64,000 bases of DNA from a virus. The DNA lies in the IMG/VR virus record IMGVR_UViG_3300045988_120652. The stretch is one strand, 5' to 3'. The translations under genes were made by a program, and so were the position numbers. The notes beneath the pieces were generated by a model. That model searched no databases. It was not told where the DNA came from and saw only the letters and a list, made by a program, of their open reading frames with translations. This document shows positions 35,016-45,684 of this stretch, piece after piece; the stretch's first letter is position 1, and every line of letters starts with the position of its first letter.

Positions 35016-36077
35016 ATGGAAGAAATAATCCGCATCCTAACCCCTGCCCTCTCCGCTCGCATGCTCACCTCCGACCAGCGTGAAGCTTTCGAGCGTGGTC
35101 TTACTCTTCTCGAGCAGAATCCACGGGCAACGTCGTTCGTAAAGGAGAGCCGACGATTCCGCGACTACCATCGTCGTGTGCGTCAGCTCCTCACCTATCT
35201 GCAAACCATGCAGACCTCTCGTACGGAGATAAAGCGTCACGTCGGTCGTCCCACCCGTGAGGAACAGGCACTCTATGCCGAGCAGCAGAAGGAGAAGGCT
35301 CTTGAGGAAGCGCGTCGCTCGCTCTTCCCCGACTTGCAGCCCGACCTCACCTTGCAGCCTCTCACCTACGGCGGCATCGTGGCCAACCCTAACGGTGAGA
35401 CCATCGCGTCCACCATGCCCAACCTCATGCAGCTCCGACCGTTCCTCTCCGAACGTCTGCAAGAGCAAGTCAACTCCGTGCGCTCCCTGCGCAACGAGAT
35501 GGCAGCAAAGTCTGAGCAAGCCAAGACCATGGCCGAAGCCAACGAGAAGGCTGGCCTACCTATCTACACCGAAGAAGAGATTGCCCTTCTCGCCACCCGT
35601 GCCGTAAAGATAGAAAGCGAAATCCTGCCTCGTATCTACATCAACGTTGACCGCGAAATAGGCGAGGCATACCTTCGCCTATCCCCACGCACCGGCGACC
35701 CCGAATACATCGCCCGAATAGAGAAGGCGTGCAACGTTCCACCGCAGAACCTACGCGCCCAGTTCCGTCCCTTCTACGACAAGGCACTCGCCCGTGACCC
35801 TCTCTTCGCCCAGTCGGTAGCCGACAAGATAGCCAACGACCGCCCCGAGGTGAAAGCCGCCCGCGATGCAGCAGCCAAGCATAAAGCCGAAGCCGACGCT
35901 CTCATCAAGTACATCATGCGCAAGGACAAGCCATCGACCAAAGCCCGCATAAAGGGCCTTACCGACCGTATCGCCAAGCTCCGCAAAGACTACGCCGACA
36001 TTGTGAGCGAGGACGAACTGAAAGGCTACGAGGCTATCTTAGAGAATGTTAAGAGAAAAGTGAAAAGTGAAAAGTGA
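35016..36077 (+). CDS. Late-module hypothetical protein (helical, charged)
   Basis: 353-aa ORF. The 3' end contains GAAAAGT x4. Confidence 0.5.
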   Translation: MEEIIRILTPALSARMLTSDQREAFERGLTLLEQNPRATSFVKESRRFRDYHRRVRQLLTYLQTMQTSRTEIKRHVGRPTREEQALYAEQQKEKALEEARRSLFPDLQPDLTLQPLTYGGIVANPNGETIASTMPNLMQLRPFLSERLQEQVNSVRSLRNEMAAKSEQAKTMAEANEKAGLPIYTEEEIALLATRAVKIESEILPRIYINVDREIGEAYLRLSPRTGDPEYIARIEKACNVPPQNLRAQFRPFYDKALARDPLFAQSVADKIANDRPEVKAARDAAAKHKAEADALIKYIMRKDKPSTKARIKGLTDRIAKLRKDYADIVSEDELKGYEAILENVKRKVKSEK

Positions 36078-36114
36078 AAAATCCAATAGCTAAGAGCAAT
36101 CAAGTTTCACCACG

Positions 36115-36184
36115 GCTTAGAAAGGCCTAAAAAGGCTTAGAAAGGCCCAGTCAAAAATAAAAAGGCTTAGTAAGGCTTAAATAC
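36115..36184 (+). repeat. Array of 10-bp phased decamers GGCYYAGWAA (6 units plus one A-rich unit)
   Basis: Units start at 36115, 36125, 36135, 36145, (36155), 36165 and 36175. The array ends 8 nt before ATG 36192. Confidence 0.8.
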
Positions 36185-36191
36185 AAGACCC

Positions 36192-36833
36192 ATGACCTCA
36201 TTCGATCAACTCAAACAAATCTGCACCACCGCCTGCCACGACCGCCACGCTTGCGCCGAAGGCTATCGTGCCATGCTCGCCACCGAAAATATCAGTCAGC
36301 TAATGGCTGTGTGGCGAGCCAACTGGGAAGACCTCGTTGAGAGCAAATACGCCGACATTATCAACGAACTGCTTCCTGTTTTCTACCCCTCACTAAAGGA
36401 AGAAATGAACGCAGCTGGCATCTACGTCAACGAATGTCCGCAGACAGCACCCGAGTACGTCCTTGTTATTGTTACCGACTACGACCACATCGTTGAGATA
36501 AACGACTACGCCAAGTGTTACGTCATTGGAAAGGCATGGGTTCGAGCCTTGGATCACGCCCAGGTGTATAGCGAAAAAAGCAAAAGAGCCTTCATTGCTC
36601 TTTACGATTACTCCTACGGTCACGTCAGCAAAGGTAAGACGGTAGCCTTTGGTCGATCTCGTCTATGGACCTCCACCAACGCTTCGCTTAATGGCAGCGT
36701 GACGTGCGAAGCCCACGGCGGCGAGATACATACCATCAGCTATCTGAAGATTGAAGCCTATGGCGATACCAAGGTGTTCAGCAAAACCGACCGCAATATC
36801 ACACTATACGGCAACGCCAAGATAATAGTATAA
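36192..36833 (+). CDS. Late-module hypothetical protein
   Basis: 213-aa ORF. Confidence 0.5.
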   Translation: MTSFDQLKQICTTACHDRHACAEGYRAMLATENISQLMAVWRANWEDLVESKYADIINELLPVFYPSLKEEMNAAGIYVNECPQTAPEYVLVIVTDYDHIVEINDYAKCYVIGKAWVRALDHAQVYSEKSKRAFIALYDYSYGHVSKGKTVAFGRSRLWTSTNASLNGSVTCEAHGGEIHTISYLKIEAYGDTKVFSKTDRNITLYGNAKIIV

Positions 36834-36840
36834 CAAGAAA

Positions 36841-36880
36841 GCCCAGTAGACCCCAGTAAGGCTCTGTAAGACCCATTAAA
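36841..36880 (+). repeat. Degenerate array of the same 10-bp phased decamers (4 units)
   Basis: GCCCAGTAGA CCCCAGTAAG GCTCTGTAAG ACCCATTAAA, directly upstream of ATG 36892. Confidence 0.6.
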
Positions 36881-36891
36881 AAACAACCAAA

Positions 36892-39729
36892 ATGAACAGC
36901 AAACTCACAATTCTTGCCGACGGCAAGCCGCTCGCCCTAAAGGAAGACGCATCCATCAGCATAGAGTTGAGCAATCCTTTGTTCAACGACACCGAGATGT
37001 TCTCCTATCCCGTGGAGCTGCCCATCGAAGGCAACCGACATTTCCTAAAAAACGTGGATGATGTCAGCAGCGACATCCGTCCAGTGAGCTACGAACACAC
37101 GCCGATGCAGATCATTGCCGACGGAGTGCCCTTTGCCTCCGGCACAGCCATCATTCAGGAAAACGAACGGATAGAAGACTCTCTCTCGCTCAATGTCGAT
37201 GCAAGCACACAGTCGTTCTCCGACCTCATTAGCGACCTCAAGTGCAACGAAGTGCCTATACCGCAGAAATATCACGACCAGCTCTTGATAGGCGAGAAGA
37301 TAGACAAGGTGGACGTGAGCGTGAAATACAACACGAGCGTTGTCATAAAATACGAAGGCAAGAAAGGCAATAAGAAGTATGGCTCGGTGGGCGAAGACAA
37401 GACCGAAGCGTCCTTTTCTCCGCAAGCTCTCGGCTTCTCTTATCCGGCGCAATGTGTGGAGGAAGGCAACAATCACGAAGCCAAGCTGAAGAAGACTTAC
37501 ACCTATCCGCGCGGCAACGAAGTTAAGGTGCCCGAAGTGCTGAAATCATATATCAACGTAAGCGACCCCTACCCTCTGAAGCCATACTGCAATGCCCGTG
37601 TCTGCTATAAGCATTACGATATTGACGAAAAAGGAGAAACATCATCCGATGTAGTAAATTCTATCACCGGTCGTGATGGTGAGAACAACCTAAGCACACT
37701 GGAGCAGGAAATGTACGAAGACCGTGGTCCTGTATGGGTATTGGATGCCGACCGCCCGCAGTCGGGCATCTGCTTCTATGTGCTGTTCTTCCTCGACTGT
37801 CTCTTTGAACATCTTGGCGTACAGTTCGACAATTCGGCTCTTACAGCCATCGGCGACTTGAACCGCTTATGCTTCTTCACCACAAAATGCGCCTACAACA
37901 TCGAACCGCTTTATGCCAAGGAAACCTACAAGGAGAACGATAAAGAGGTTATTGCCGGACTGAAAAAAAAGGGCGACGTGAAGGTTGGCTTTTTCCAGAA
38001 ACAAGCCAACAGCGAAAAGGACGTTGCTAATCTGTTCGATGATGTAAACGCATGGCTCAGTTCGCGCGGTTGTGGCGGCAAACTGAAACTTGAAAATCCG
38101 AAAGACAAGAGCGTTCAGGAGGTGAAGTATCGCAAGGTGACGTATAAGGTAGTAGAGAAGCCGTATGATGGTAGCTTCTACAACCAAGGCGTGTTTAAGG
38201 ACACCGAGGTTGTGACGGTGGAAGATGATAGTTGGACTACCGTCACTGTAGGCACCGATAAAGTGGCAAGCATCACTTGTAAGAGCACCATCAAGTCGGC
38301 ACAGATGAGTGCAAGTATCTTCCGTATGTATGCCAATGAGCAGAACTTCCCTGCTGAGTCGGTATCAGATGTTATCAACTCGCTTGAGCAGCAGTTCGGC
38401 ATTAAGTTTCATTACGACTACGAGCAGAAGAAGGTAACTGCCTATCTTATCCGTGACGTGTTCCGCAAGCAGAATCCCGACCCTCGCACCTTCCATGCCG
38501 AAGTGCTGTCTATGGTGCCCATGACGGAGAAGATAACCGGTGTACGTGCCGGATATGCAGCCGAGAGTGAGGCGAAAGAGCAGAAAGACAACGTAAAGAA
38601 TGCCGTTAAGGATTTCAATACCGATTACGACTATATCGGATACCCTAAAGACCACACCGTGACGAGTCTTACATATAAAGACATCATTCATCGTGTCAAG
38701 AATACTGAAATGAGCGTGTTCGTAGACCTTCAGACGGGCAACAAATATCGTGTAAAGATAGACAAGAATTTTACTGATGCAAGCAATATGGAGCCTCGCT
38801 TGTTTGAGGTGGCAGCCATGAAGGGAGTGGAAGTAGGTGATTGTTCGACAATAAACGAAGACTTTATTCAGGAATTTAAGTCATCGTTCGTTCCCGTTGG
38901 TATGGTGGATGCCAACTATCGCAAAGCCCTATCGTCAAGCACGGGCAGCAAATGCGCCACTGACAACACAAAGCAACCTGCCGAGGTGGGCAAGCAATAC
39001 AGCGGATATGAGTTTGGCGAGATAAACGGATCTTACGCCAAGACTCAGATGGCAGCTCTCATTGACGAGGATATGGAGCATGAGTTTGTGAAGCAGTACA
39101 TCAAGAATACCATGTCGTCAATGGTAGCCGACTTCTACGTTACCGAAGAACTCTCGCTGCGTGAGAGCTATGACCCCTCGAAGACCGATGACGGCAACTC
39201 GCCCCTTCAGTCATACGATTGGGGCTTGTCGGTGGCTATCATGCGAGGTGGCGGCGTGGACTCAACACACGAAGCCTATGATTACAACTATGACGGGTTC
39301 GGTAACTCCAAATGGCGCACCAAGGCGGGCGAGTATGCCCTGACTACCGACTCCATCGACCCCTACGGCGTAGAGTACGACTACAATGGCATTGAGCCGG
39401 GCAATGGTAACGAGGAGCGTTTCTCCCTGAAGCCTCGTGCTTGGGTGCAGCCCGAATGGGCAGATGCTCCGCTTGTGGTAAACACTCCGTCGGTCAAGAA
39501 CCGTGGCTATGTAGACGTGTTCCTCGTCGATTACATCTATTTTCTCCTACATCGCAAGAAGTATTACGTCAAGTGTCTTGCCTCTGTCGCTCAGATAGCC
39601 GATATTCAGAATCATTGGAAAGAGTGGTGGACCATCGACGGCAAGAAATGCCTTATCAACAAGGTAAATGCTGACGTATCGGCAAAGGAAGGAATGGGAG
39701 AAGTAGAGCTTGAAATTTATAGCATTTAA
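36892..39729 (+). CDS. Large tail/baseplate-associated structural protein
   Basis: 945-aa ORF in the late module, immediately upstream of the fibre genes. No specific motif recognised. Confidence 0.5.
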   Translation: MNSKLTILADGKPLALKEDASISIELSNPLFNDTEMFSYPVELPIEGNRHFLKNVDDVSSDIRPVSYEHTPMQIIADGVPFASGTAIIQENERIEDSLSLNVDASTQSFSDLISDLKCNEVPIPQKYHDQLLIGEKIDKVDVSVKYNTSVVIKYEGKKGNKKYGSVGEDKTEASFSPQALGFSYPAQCVEEGNNHEAKLKKTYTYPRGNEVKVPEVLKSYINVSDPYPLKPYCNARVCYKHYDIDEKGETSSDVVNSITGRDGENNLSTLEQEMYEDRGPVWVLDADRPQSGICFYVLFFLDCLFEHLGVQFDNSALTAIGDLNRLCFFTTKCAYNIEPLYAKETYKENDKEVIAGLKKKGDVKVGFFQKQANSEKDVANLFDDVNAWLSSRGCGGKLKLENPKDKSVQEVKYRKVTYKVVEKPYDGSFYNQGVFKDTEVVTVEDDSWTTVTVGTDKVASITCKSTIKSAQMSASIFRMYANEQNFPAESVSDVINSLEQQFGIKFHYDYEQKKVTAYLIRDVFRKQNPDPRTFHAEVLSMVPMTEKITGVRAGYAAESEAKEQKDNVKNAVKDFNTDYDYIGYPKDHTVTSLTYKDIIHRVKNTEMSVFVDLQTGNKYRVKIDKNFTDASNMEPRLFEVAAMKGVEVGDCSTINEDFIQEFKSSFVPVGMVDANYRKALSSSTGSKCATDNTKQPAEVGKQYSGYEFGEINGSYAKTQMAALIDEDMEHEFVKQYIKNTMSSMVADFYVTEELSLRESYDPSKTDDGNSPLQSYDWGLSVAIMRGGGVDSTHEAYDYNYDGFGNSKWRTKAGEYALTTDSIDPYGVEYDYNGIEPGNGNEERFSLKPRAWVQPEWADAPLVVNTPSVKNRGYVDVFLVDYIYFLLHRKKYYVKCLASVAQIADIQNHWKEWWTIDGKKCLINKVNADVSAKEGMGEVELEIYSI

Positions 39730-39758
39730 ATAATAACTACTAAATAACAACTGAAGCA

Positions 39759-40805
39759 ATGGCAAGTTTACTTAGATTACATTCAGGTTCGGTATTTAAT
39801 GGCAATCCTATTGTCTTCATCGTCTGGCCTATCGCACTTAAAGAAACGCCTTCGTTTCATCGTATGATATTCGAGGTGAAGTGTCGCATGAGTGGCATGA
39901 GTGACGGCAAATACGAGACAATAAAGATGTCCGAGCCTATAAACAACGAAAAAGGCAATCCAATAACTGTAGATATTTCGTCTGCCCTGCGCTCCTTCCG
40001 CGACTCCTATGAGTATTCGCCTGAGCCAGGTGTTATGCCAGTAGTGAAATTTAACGTTTCGGCATACGACGAGTATATGACTAATGGCGAACTGCATAAG
40101 TCGGAACCCGTGTCGTATCTCGCTGGCGAGGACGTGAAGCAAACCTTGTTCGGTGGATTCTCTGACTACGACCGACTTATGGCTACAAACGACACTATGC
40201 CCGTTAGCCGAATGACTCGCAAGCCTACCACCATACCACAGTTGGCGTGTGTAGGCGAAACCATCATCTACGTAGAGCCATACTCTCCTGCCGTTGACTT
40301 CACAACCGCCACATGGGAAGCTCCCGAAGCCAAAGCCTACAAAATAACGGCAGAAGGCGCACAGACCGTAGGCGGACAGCAGCTCTTTGCCCTGCCTGCT
40401 TCCGAGGCAGCACGTCGCACGGAGTTCCGCTTCATCAATTCGTTCGGCGTATTGGAGAGCGTCAGCGTGCCGAGAGTGTATAGCAAGAAACTTGGCATTA
40501 CCACCACCAACTACACCGTGACACGGAAGGAAACACTACGCTCGTTCTCTCGGGCTACAGTACGCAAGCAGGGCAACATGGAAGGTTGGAACTATATGAC
40601 CGACCCGTTGGATGAAAAATGGCTCGCTTGGTATCTTCACGAATTGCTCATGTCCGAACACGCATGGATAAACATCAACGGCAAGTTCCTGCCTTGCACC
40701 ATTACAGCCGACGAAGAAATCTCGTTTGACGATAAGACTAAGGAAACGATGCACAGTGTGTCGTTCACGGCAAAACTCGACTTCCATGGAAGCACAATCA
40801 TTTAA
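39759..40805 (+). CDS. Tail/baseplate-associated structural protein
   Basis: 348-aa ORF. The call is by position. Confidence 0.45.
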   Translation: MASLLRLHSGSVFNGNPIVFIVWPIALKETPSFHRMIFEVKCRMSGMSDGKYETIKMSEPINNEKGNPITVDISSALRSFRDSYEYSPEPGVMPVVKFNVSAYDEYMTNGELHKSEPVSYLAGEDVKQTLFGGFSDYDRLMATNDTMPVSRMTRKPTTIPQLACVGETIIYVEPYSPAVDFTTATWEAPEAKAYKITAEGAQTVGGQQLFALPASEAARRTEFRFINSFGVLESVSVPRVYSKKLGITTTNYTVTRKETLRSFSRATVRKQGNMEGWNYMTDPLDEKWLAWYLHELLMSEHAWININGKFLPCTITADEEISFDDKTKETMHSVSFTAKLDFHGSTII

Positions 40806-40870
40806 ATTAGGAATTACGAGTTAGGAGTTTTGAGTTAGGATTTAAGAATTGGTCGTTTGCGTATGTCCGT

Positions 40871-43800
40871 ATGAATAAAACGTTTTATACTAAATTCGCA
40901 GTAGAAAAAACTAAATATATGACATTAACAACAACTAAAGACTATTGGGTCTCGCCCACTGCCCTACACATAGAACTTAACGCTATGTCACGCCCCGACT
41001 ACGTACAGGCATCGTGTACCGGTGAAGCTCAGATACTTGTGTATGTCAAGGACATCATTGACTACGATGCTGGACATAACTATCGCCGTTGGCCATTGCA
41101 GGCCTCGCCTACTGTCTTTAATAGTCATTCTGAAAAATATGTCTATGCGGCTATACCTCGTAGTCTAAATTCGGCTGCGTCCGCATGGATTGTTTTCCCT
41201 TCCGAACAGATTGATATCTACGGCAAAAACGAGAAAGAAGAGCAGATTGGTGACGAGCGTTTTTATTATATCTTCCTGCAAGGCATTATTACTTCTTCGG
41301 GCGATAACGGTACGGTAAATCGAGATTGGAAAGTTGAATATTTCTCTGGCTATTTGTCTTCCGACGAAGCTATCTCATCGATCTTGAACGATTCAGTTTG
41401 GTATAGCTACAGTACAGTGTCTAATACGGTCACATTTCTAAAGAATATGACCATGAAAGCGGGTACTTGGTTTCGTGATTTTTTCGCTAAGACCGTTACT
41501 ATAGTGTCAGGCGGCAGTATCACGTTCGAAGGTGACAAACAGGCTTCGTTGTCGGGTATAGCTCACGAAAACACTTCGCTTGAAGTAGAAGACCGAATCG
41601 TGACACCTAAATATCTTGACCTGAAAGCCCTCTCGAAAGTACATGACGATGAAGCGCAGGGAATGATCCGTTTTTTGAACGGGCTGAAACTCGGGAATAC
41701 GGAAAAAGGACTAACAGGAGTAGGTGACGCTGTGCTGGGCGATGTTATCGTTGACCGTGTGCATGACGTGGACTCTACTCCTGCCGACCGTGTGGTTGTG
41801 GGCGCACAGGGCTTCGACCTGTACTTGGGCAAAGACGGCAAGAGTCACCTGTATATTGACTACCTGGTGGCGAGGGTGAAGGCTTTCTTCGCACAGTTGG
41901 AGATTCGCAGGGTGTCGTACTCGGGCGGCACGACTATCTTCTCGAACGCGGGCTCGACTATAGCAAAGGTAATGGAGCTGAAAAACGGCAATGAGACAGT
42001 GGCGTACAAGTGCTATGCCGTTGCCGACGACGGCACTACGAAAACGATGAACTGGTGGCATGTGGGCATGATGGCGCTGTGTCAGACGTTCAACGTGAAG
42101 TCGGACACGAGCAATGATGTGTCGAACCGATACTATTGGCGACTTGTGGTTGACACCGGGCAGGAGGTGCTGGCTGACGGCAAGACTTACGACTATGTTG
42201 TGTTGTCGAACTTAAAGGATTTTGACGGCAATGGTACGGTGCACGGGGATATAAGACCGTTGTCTGCTTTGTTTGAGGAGTACGAGAAAAAGACTGCTGA
42301 CGATAGCAAAACCCCGGTAGCGAGCCGTAGGTTTTACGGCTACGAGGCTGTGGACGGTGGCGAGCCTGACGCTCCTGCGGAGGGTGACGTGATTGTGCAG
42401 GTGGGCGACCAGATCAGGTGGGAGTCGTATGGCAATGTGATAAAGCTCGCTACTTCGACCGAGGATAATAACACGGGCAATGCTCCTTCTATTACGATGT
42501 ATCACGGCATTGGCGCGCCTCGCATGGTGGGCACTGCGGTCACGCCTTACGTATGGCAGGAGGTGACGTGTATTCTGTCGCCGGGGAAGGTGAGAATAAA
42601 TGCTGACATGTTCGAGTTGTTTTCGGCCAGTACGGGCAATGTGATTGAGCCTTACGTGGTGTCGTATGAGCTGGTGCCTACGAGCAGGACGCTTGTAAAG
42701 CACGACGACGGCACGACGACTCCGAATGGCTTCGGGGTGGACGTGATAAAGCGTGTGGGCAGCTCGAAGACGGTGCTAAAGGCTGATGAATACACGGTGA
42801 AGGCTGAGGTGACGTATGAGGATGGAAACACGGAGACGTTTAGTCTTGCTGACCTGTACGAGAGTGTACTTCGCAATCTGACTGCCTTGAAGCTGGTAGC
42901 TTGCAGCGCAAAGGATGCTACTGATGTGCTTGCAGAGACAGACATTGCCGTGCTGAGTGACGGCAAGAAGGGCGCTGACGGTGCAAATGGAAACGACGGT
43001 GCAAACGGTACGGACGGTGAGAGTGCGATTGATGTGATATGGTATCCTAATCCGCTTGTTATCAACACGACGAGCGACGGCAGTGGCAATGTGTATGCTG
43101 ACTGTAGCAATGCTACGGCACGAGTGAGTTTTTGGCGCGACAACGAAAATTGGGGAGAAAGATATATCGACCAAATCTCTGTGCAGAATGAGGTAAACTG
43201 CCATGCGACCGCCGAGATTCAGAATGGCGATTTTACGGTTAAGATATTAAGCATTGAACATGATAGTATAAAAACTAAAGACGGTAAGTCGATAACGGTG
43301 CCTCGTACTACTGCGAGCGTGACGATAGCAGCCCGCTATTGGGTGACTGCGAGCATGTTCACTCACGTATTCGCAACGCTGTCTATCAACGTCAACGTAT
43401 CGGCGGTGTGGGGCGGCATCGAGATGAATATGTACGGGTTGACAAGTAGTTTCTCTGAGATTAGCAATAAATACAATGGCCTACCGCTGAAGACACAGGG
43501 CGAGCTGACGGACTATACTTCGACTATCAAGCAGACGGCACGGGATATTTCGCTGAAGGTGAGCGAAACGGCTGTGGGCAGGAAGAATATGCTTGTGGGC
43601 TGTGCGCTGAGACGGCAGGGTGAAGGAGTGAGAATACAAACACAAGAAGGTGGCGGTATAGAGACTATCGGAGGCGTAGGCGGTGTGAATTGCGTTCACG
43701 TAGTAGCTACAACAGCGAATCACTACTCGGGATTATTCTGGTGGGGAATCACTCCCAATGATACGAAGTGTATAAAGATTGAAAAAAACAAGACTTACAC

Positions 43801-45652
43801 GGCATCTGTTTGGGTGAAATGCGACAGAACTGATGCTAAGGTTTACATCGAGGCTAAGTGGGCGGAGACTGCAACTGGTGGCGAGCGCCTTGACTCCGTG
43901 ATACAAAGCGGCGACAATCTGTTTTCTGTCAAGCAGGCGAACACATGGCAGTTCTGCTCGGTGACGTTCAACACCAACGACGAGACAAAGTTCAAGGACT
44001 ACATCGAAATGAACTTTTGGGTTAACAACAAAACCGAGGGAATAACTACTAATGCCTGGTTCTGTCAACCCATGTTGGTCGAGGGCGACGAATATGTAGG
44101 ATGGTCTATGTCGAAGGAGGATGCTGAGTATGTTGGCGGCAACCTGCTGGATAATACTGATACGCTGAAGACTGGCGGCACGCTGACAGTGGCGACTGAG
44201 AATACGTGGCTGCATCCGACAAACGGCAGCGCGGACGAAATTGCACGGCAGACTTATAACGGTTGCGCTACGCTCAACTCGGACGCTCGCTACTATACGA
44301 AAAACATCGACACTGTACAGTGGGATTTGGGTGATACGGGCTTTATTAAGCGAGGACAGGACTATATGCTTAGTTTTTGGGCTAAAGGCAACAAGGGCGA
44401 ACGTTTTTGTGCATATCTGTATAAGGACGGCTCGCAGGGTATTTATGCAGAGGTGCTTGACCATGTTGACGGGCATAACCAGCTGACAAGCGGTGACGGT
44501 TACGCCATGGTGGAGTTTGACAAGAATTATGAATGGAAGCAGTACTGGGTGCATTGGAGAGTGGTAGACAGCAATCTGCCTAAATACGTGCTTATACGCT
44601 GTGTGCAGGGTTGTAACCTCTGCATATCTCAGCCTAAGCTGGAGTATGGCGCTACGGTGACGGACTACACCACAAGCCGCTCTATGTCGTCGCGACTGCT
44701 TGACGCTGGCATAGACATAAACAGCAAGCAGATAATGCTGACGGCAGACAAGACTAAGTTCCGCACGCAGTCTGGGGATGAGGTGGCTGTGTTTGACGAT
44801 AAGGGTATTAATGCAAAGCTGCTCAATGTGGATAATGCTGTTGCTAATGTAATAAAAACCAATGAATTGACAGCTAAAAATCTGAATGTGACAGGCAGCA
44901 GTACGTTCGGAATATGGAAGATTGAGCATGACAGTACTTATAACTGCGACATCATCACTGCCAATGTTGATACGTGGGGAGGGGTGAACATAAGCGGCAG
45001 CATGATACAGTACACCCCTGCCTTTGTGAGGAGCGGCGACCCTTTGAGCGGATACATGCGTGTGGGCGCTTACGTGACGGAGTTCGGCTTCGGCGAGAGC
45101 AGCGGTCAGTACTATTCTGGGGTGTGGCTGGGCAGGGCTGCATATACTGTTGCTAACGGAAAGCAGAACAGCTGGGGTCTGCCTTCGGCATACAAGATGG
45201 CGGATGAGTCTGTGGACGCGACGAAATTCGTAGCTTACGTATACTCGCCTTATAGCGGCAATACGCCGTCGGTGTACATGTACAAGCCGAAGGGTGGCGT
45301 GGTGATGGAGACGAATGCAGGTATACGTGCTGCCTTTATCAGTCATGTGCACGACACTGGCAGCGATTCGGGTGCAGGTGACAGCACTGGACTCATAGTC
45401 ACTACCAACAACAGCTACAGTATCACGGTGAAGCTGCCGAATAACCCTATAGCTGGACAGCAGGTGACGGTGGTGCAGAAGGGCCGCGGCAAGGTGAAAA
45501 TAAAAAGCACAACGGCGAACATACGCACAGCTGGCGAGTCTTCGGCTACGCAGCAGCGTATTAGCGACTCGCAGGGACAGATAAGTCTTTTTGTGTTTGA
45601 CGGCACTGACTGGAACTGCTCTTACTTTAACAGCAGAATGTATTCGAGCTAA
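40871..45652 (+). CDS. Giant tail fibre / host-adhesion protein (1593 aa)
   Basis: The call rests on size and position. There is a short collagen-like Gly-X-Y run (GADGANGNDGANGTDG, about 42960-43020). Two regions resemble carbohydrate-binding jelly-roll modules (...QPMLVEGDEYVGWS..., ...ISQPKLEYGATVTDYT...). The 539-aa antisense ORF is treated as spurious. Confidence 0.6.
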   Translation: MNKTFYTKFAVEKTKYMTLTTTKDYWVSPTALHIELNAMSRPDYVQASCTGEAQILVYVKDIIDYDAGHNYRRWPLQASPTVFNSHSEKYVYAAIPRSLNSAASAWIVFPSEQIDIYGKNEKEEQIGDERFYYIFLQGIITSSGDNGTVNRDWKVEYFSGYLSSDEAISSILNDSVWYSYSTVSNTVTFLKNMTMKAGTWFRDFFAKTVTIVSGGSITFEGDKQASLSGIAHENTSLEVEDRIVTPKYLDLKALSKVHDDEAQGMIRFLNGLKLGNTEKGLTGVGDAVLGDVIVDRVHDVDSTPADRVVVGAQGFDLYLGKDGKSHLYIDYLVARVKAFFAQLEIRRVSYSGGTTIFSNAGSTIAKVMELKNGNETVAYKCYAVADDGTTKTMNWWHVGMMALCQTFNVKSDTSNDVSNRYYWRLVVDTGQEVLADGKTYDYVVLSNLKDFDGNGTVHGDIRPLSALFEEYEKKTADDSKTPVASRRFYGYEAVDGGEPDAPAEGDVIVQVGDQIRWESYGNVIKLATSTEDNNTGNAPSITMYHGIGAPRMVGTAVTPYVWQEVTCILSPGKVRINADMFELFSASTGNVIEPYVVSYELVPTSRTLVKHDDGTTTPNGFGVDVIKRVGSSKTVLKADEYTVKAEVTYEDGNTETFSLADLYESVLRNLTALKLVACSAKDATDVLAETDIAVLSDGKKGADGANGNDGANGTDGESAIDVIWYPNPLVINTTSDGSGNVYADCSNATARVSFWRDNENWGERYIDQISVQNEVNCHATAEIQNGDFTVKILSIEHDSIKTKDGKSITVPRTTASVTIAARYWVTASMFTHVFATLSINVNVSAVWGGIEMNMYGLTSSFSEISNKYNGLPLKTQGELTDYTSTIKQTARDISLKVSETAVGRKNMLVGCALRRQGEGVRIQTQEGGGIETIGGVGGVNCVHVVATTANHYSGLFWWGITPNDTKCIKIEKNKTYTASVWVKCDRTDAKVYIEAKWAETATGGERLDSVIQSGDNLFSVKQANTWQFCSVTFNTNDETKFKDYIEMNFWVNNKTEGITTNAWFCQPMLVEGDEYVGWSMSKEDAEYVGGNLLDNTDTLKTGGTLTVATENTWLHPTNGSADEIARQTYNGCATLNSDARYYTKNIDTVQWDLGDTGFIKRGQDYMLSFWAKGNKGERFCAYLYKDGSQGIYAEVLDHVDGHNQLTSGDGYAMVEFDKNYEWKQYWVHWRVVDSNLPKYVLIRCVQGCNLCISQPKLEYGATVTDYTTSRSMSSRLLDAGIDINSKQIMLTADKTKFRTQSGDEVAVFDDKGINAKLLNVDNAVANVIKTNELTAKNLNVTGSSTFGIWKIEHDSTYNCDIITANVDTWGGVNISGSMIQYTPAFVRSGDPLSGYMRVGAYVTEFGFGESSGQYYSGVWLGRAAYTVANGKQNSWGLPSAYKMADESVDATKFVAYVYSPYSGNTPSVYMYKPKGGVVMETNAGIRAAFISHVHDTGSDSGAGDSTGLIVTTNNSYSITVKLPNNPIAGQQVTVVQKGRGKVKIKSTTANIRTAGESSATQQRISDSQGQISLFVFDGTDWNCSYFNSRMYSS

Positions 45653-45684
45653 TGCTAAAAAAGTCTAACATAATTGATTGAAAT

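Noticed and set aside
42955-43025. The collagen-like GADGANGNDGANGTDG segment as a separate repeat element
   Set aside because: It is in frame within the fibre gene, and short Gly-X-Y runs are common in phage fibres. It is not an independent feature.
43733-45352. A 539-aa minus-strand ORF inside the giant fibre gene
   Set aside because: It lies antisense to a 1593-aa ORF. Its product is Arg/His/Leu-rich and low-complexity, there is no upstream promoter or start context, and nearly all other genes are on the + strand.
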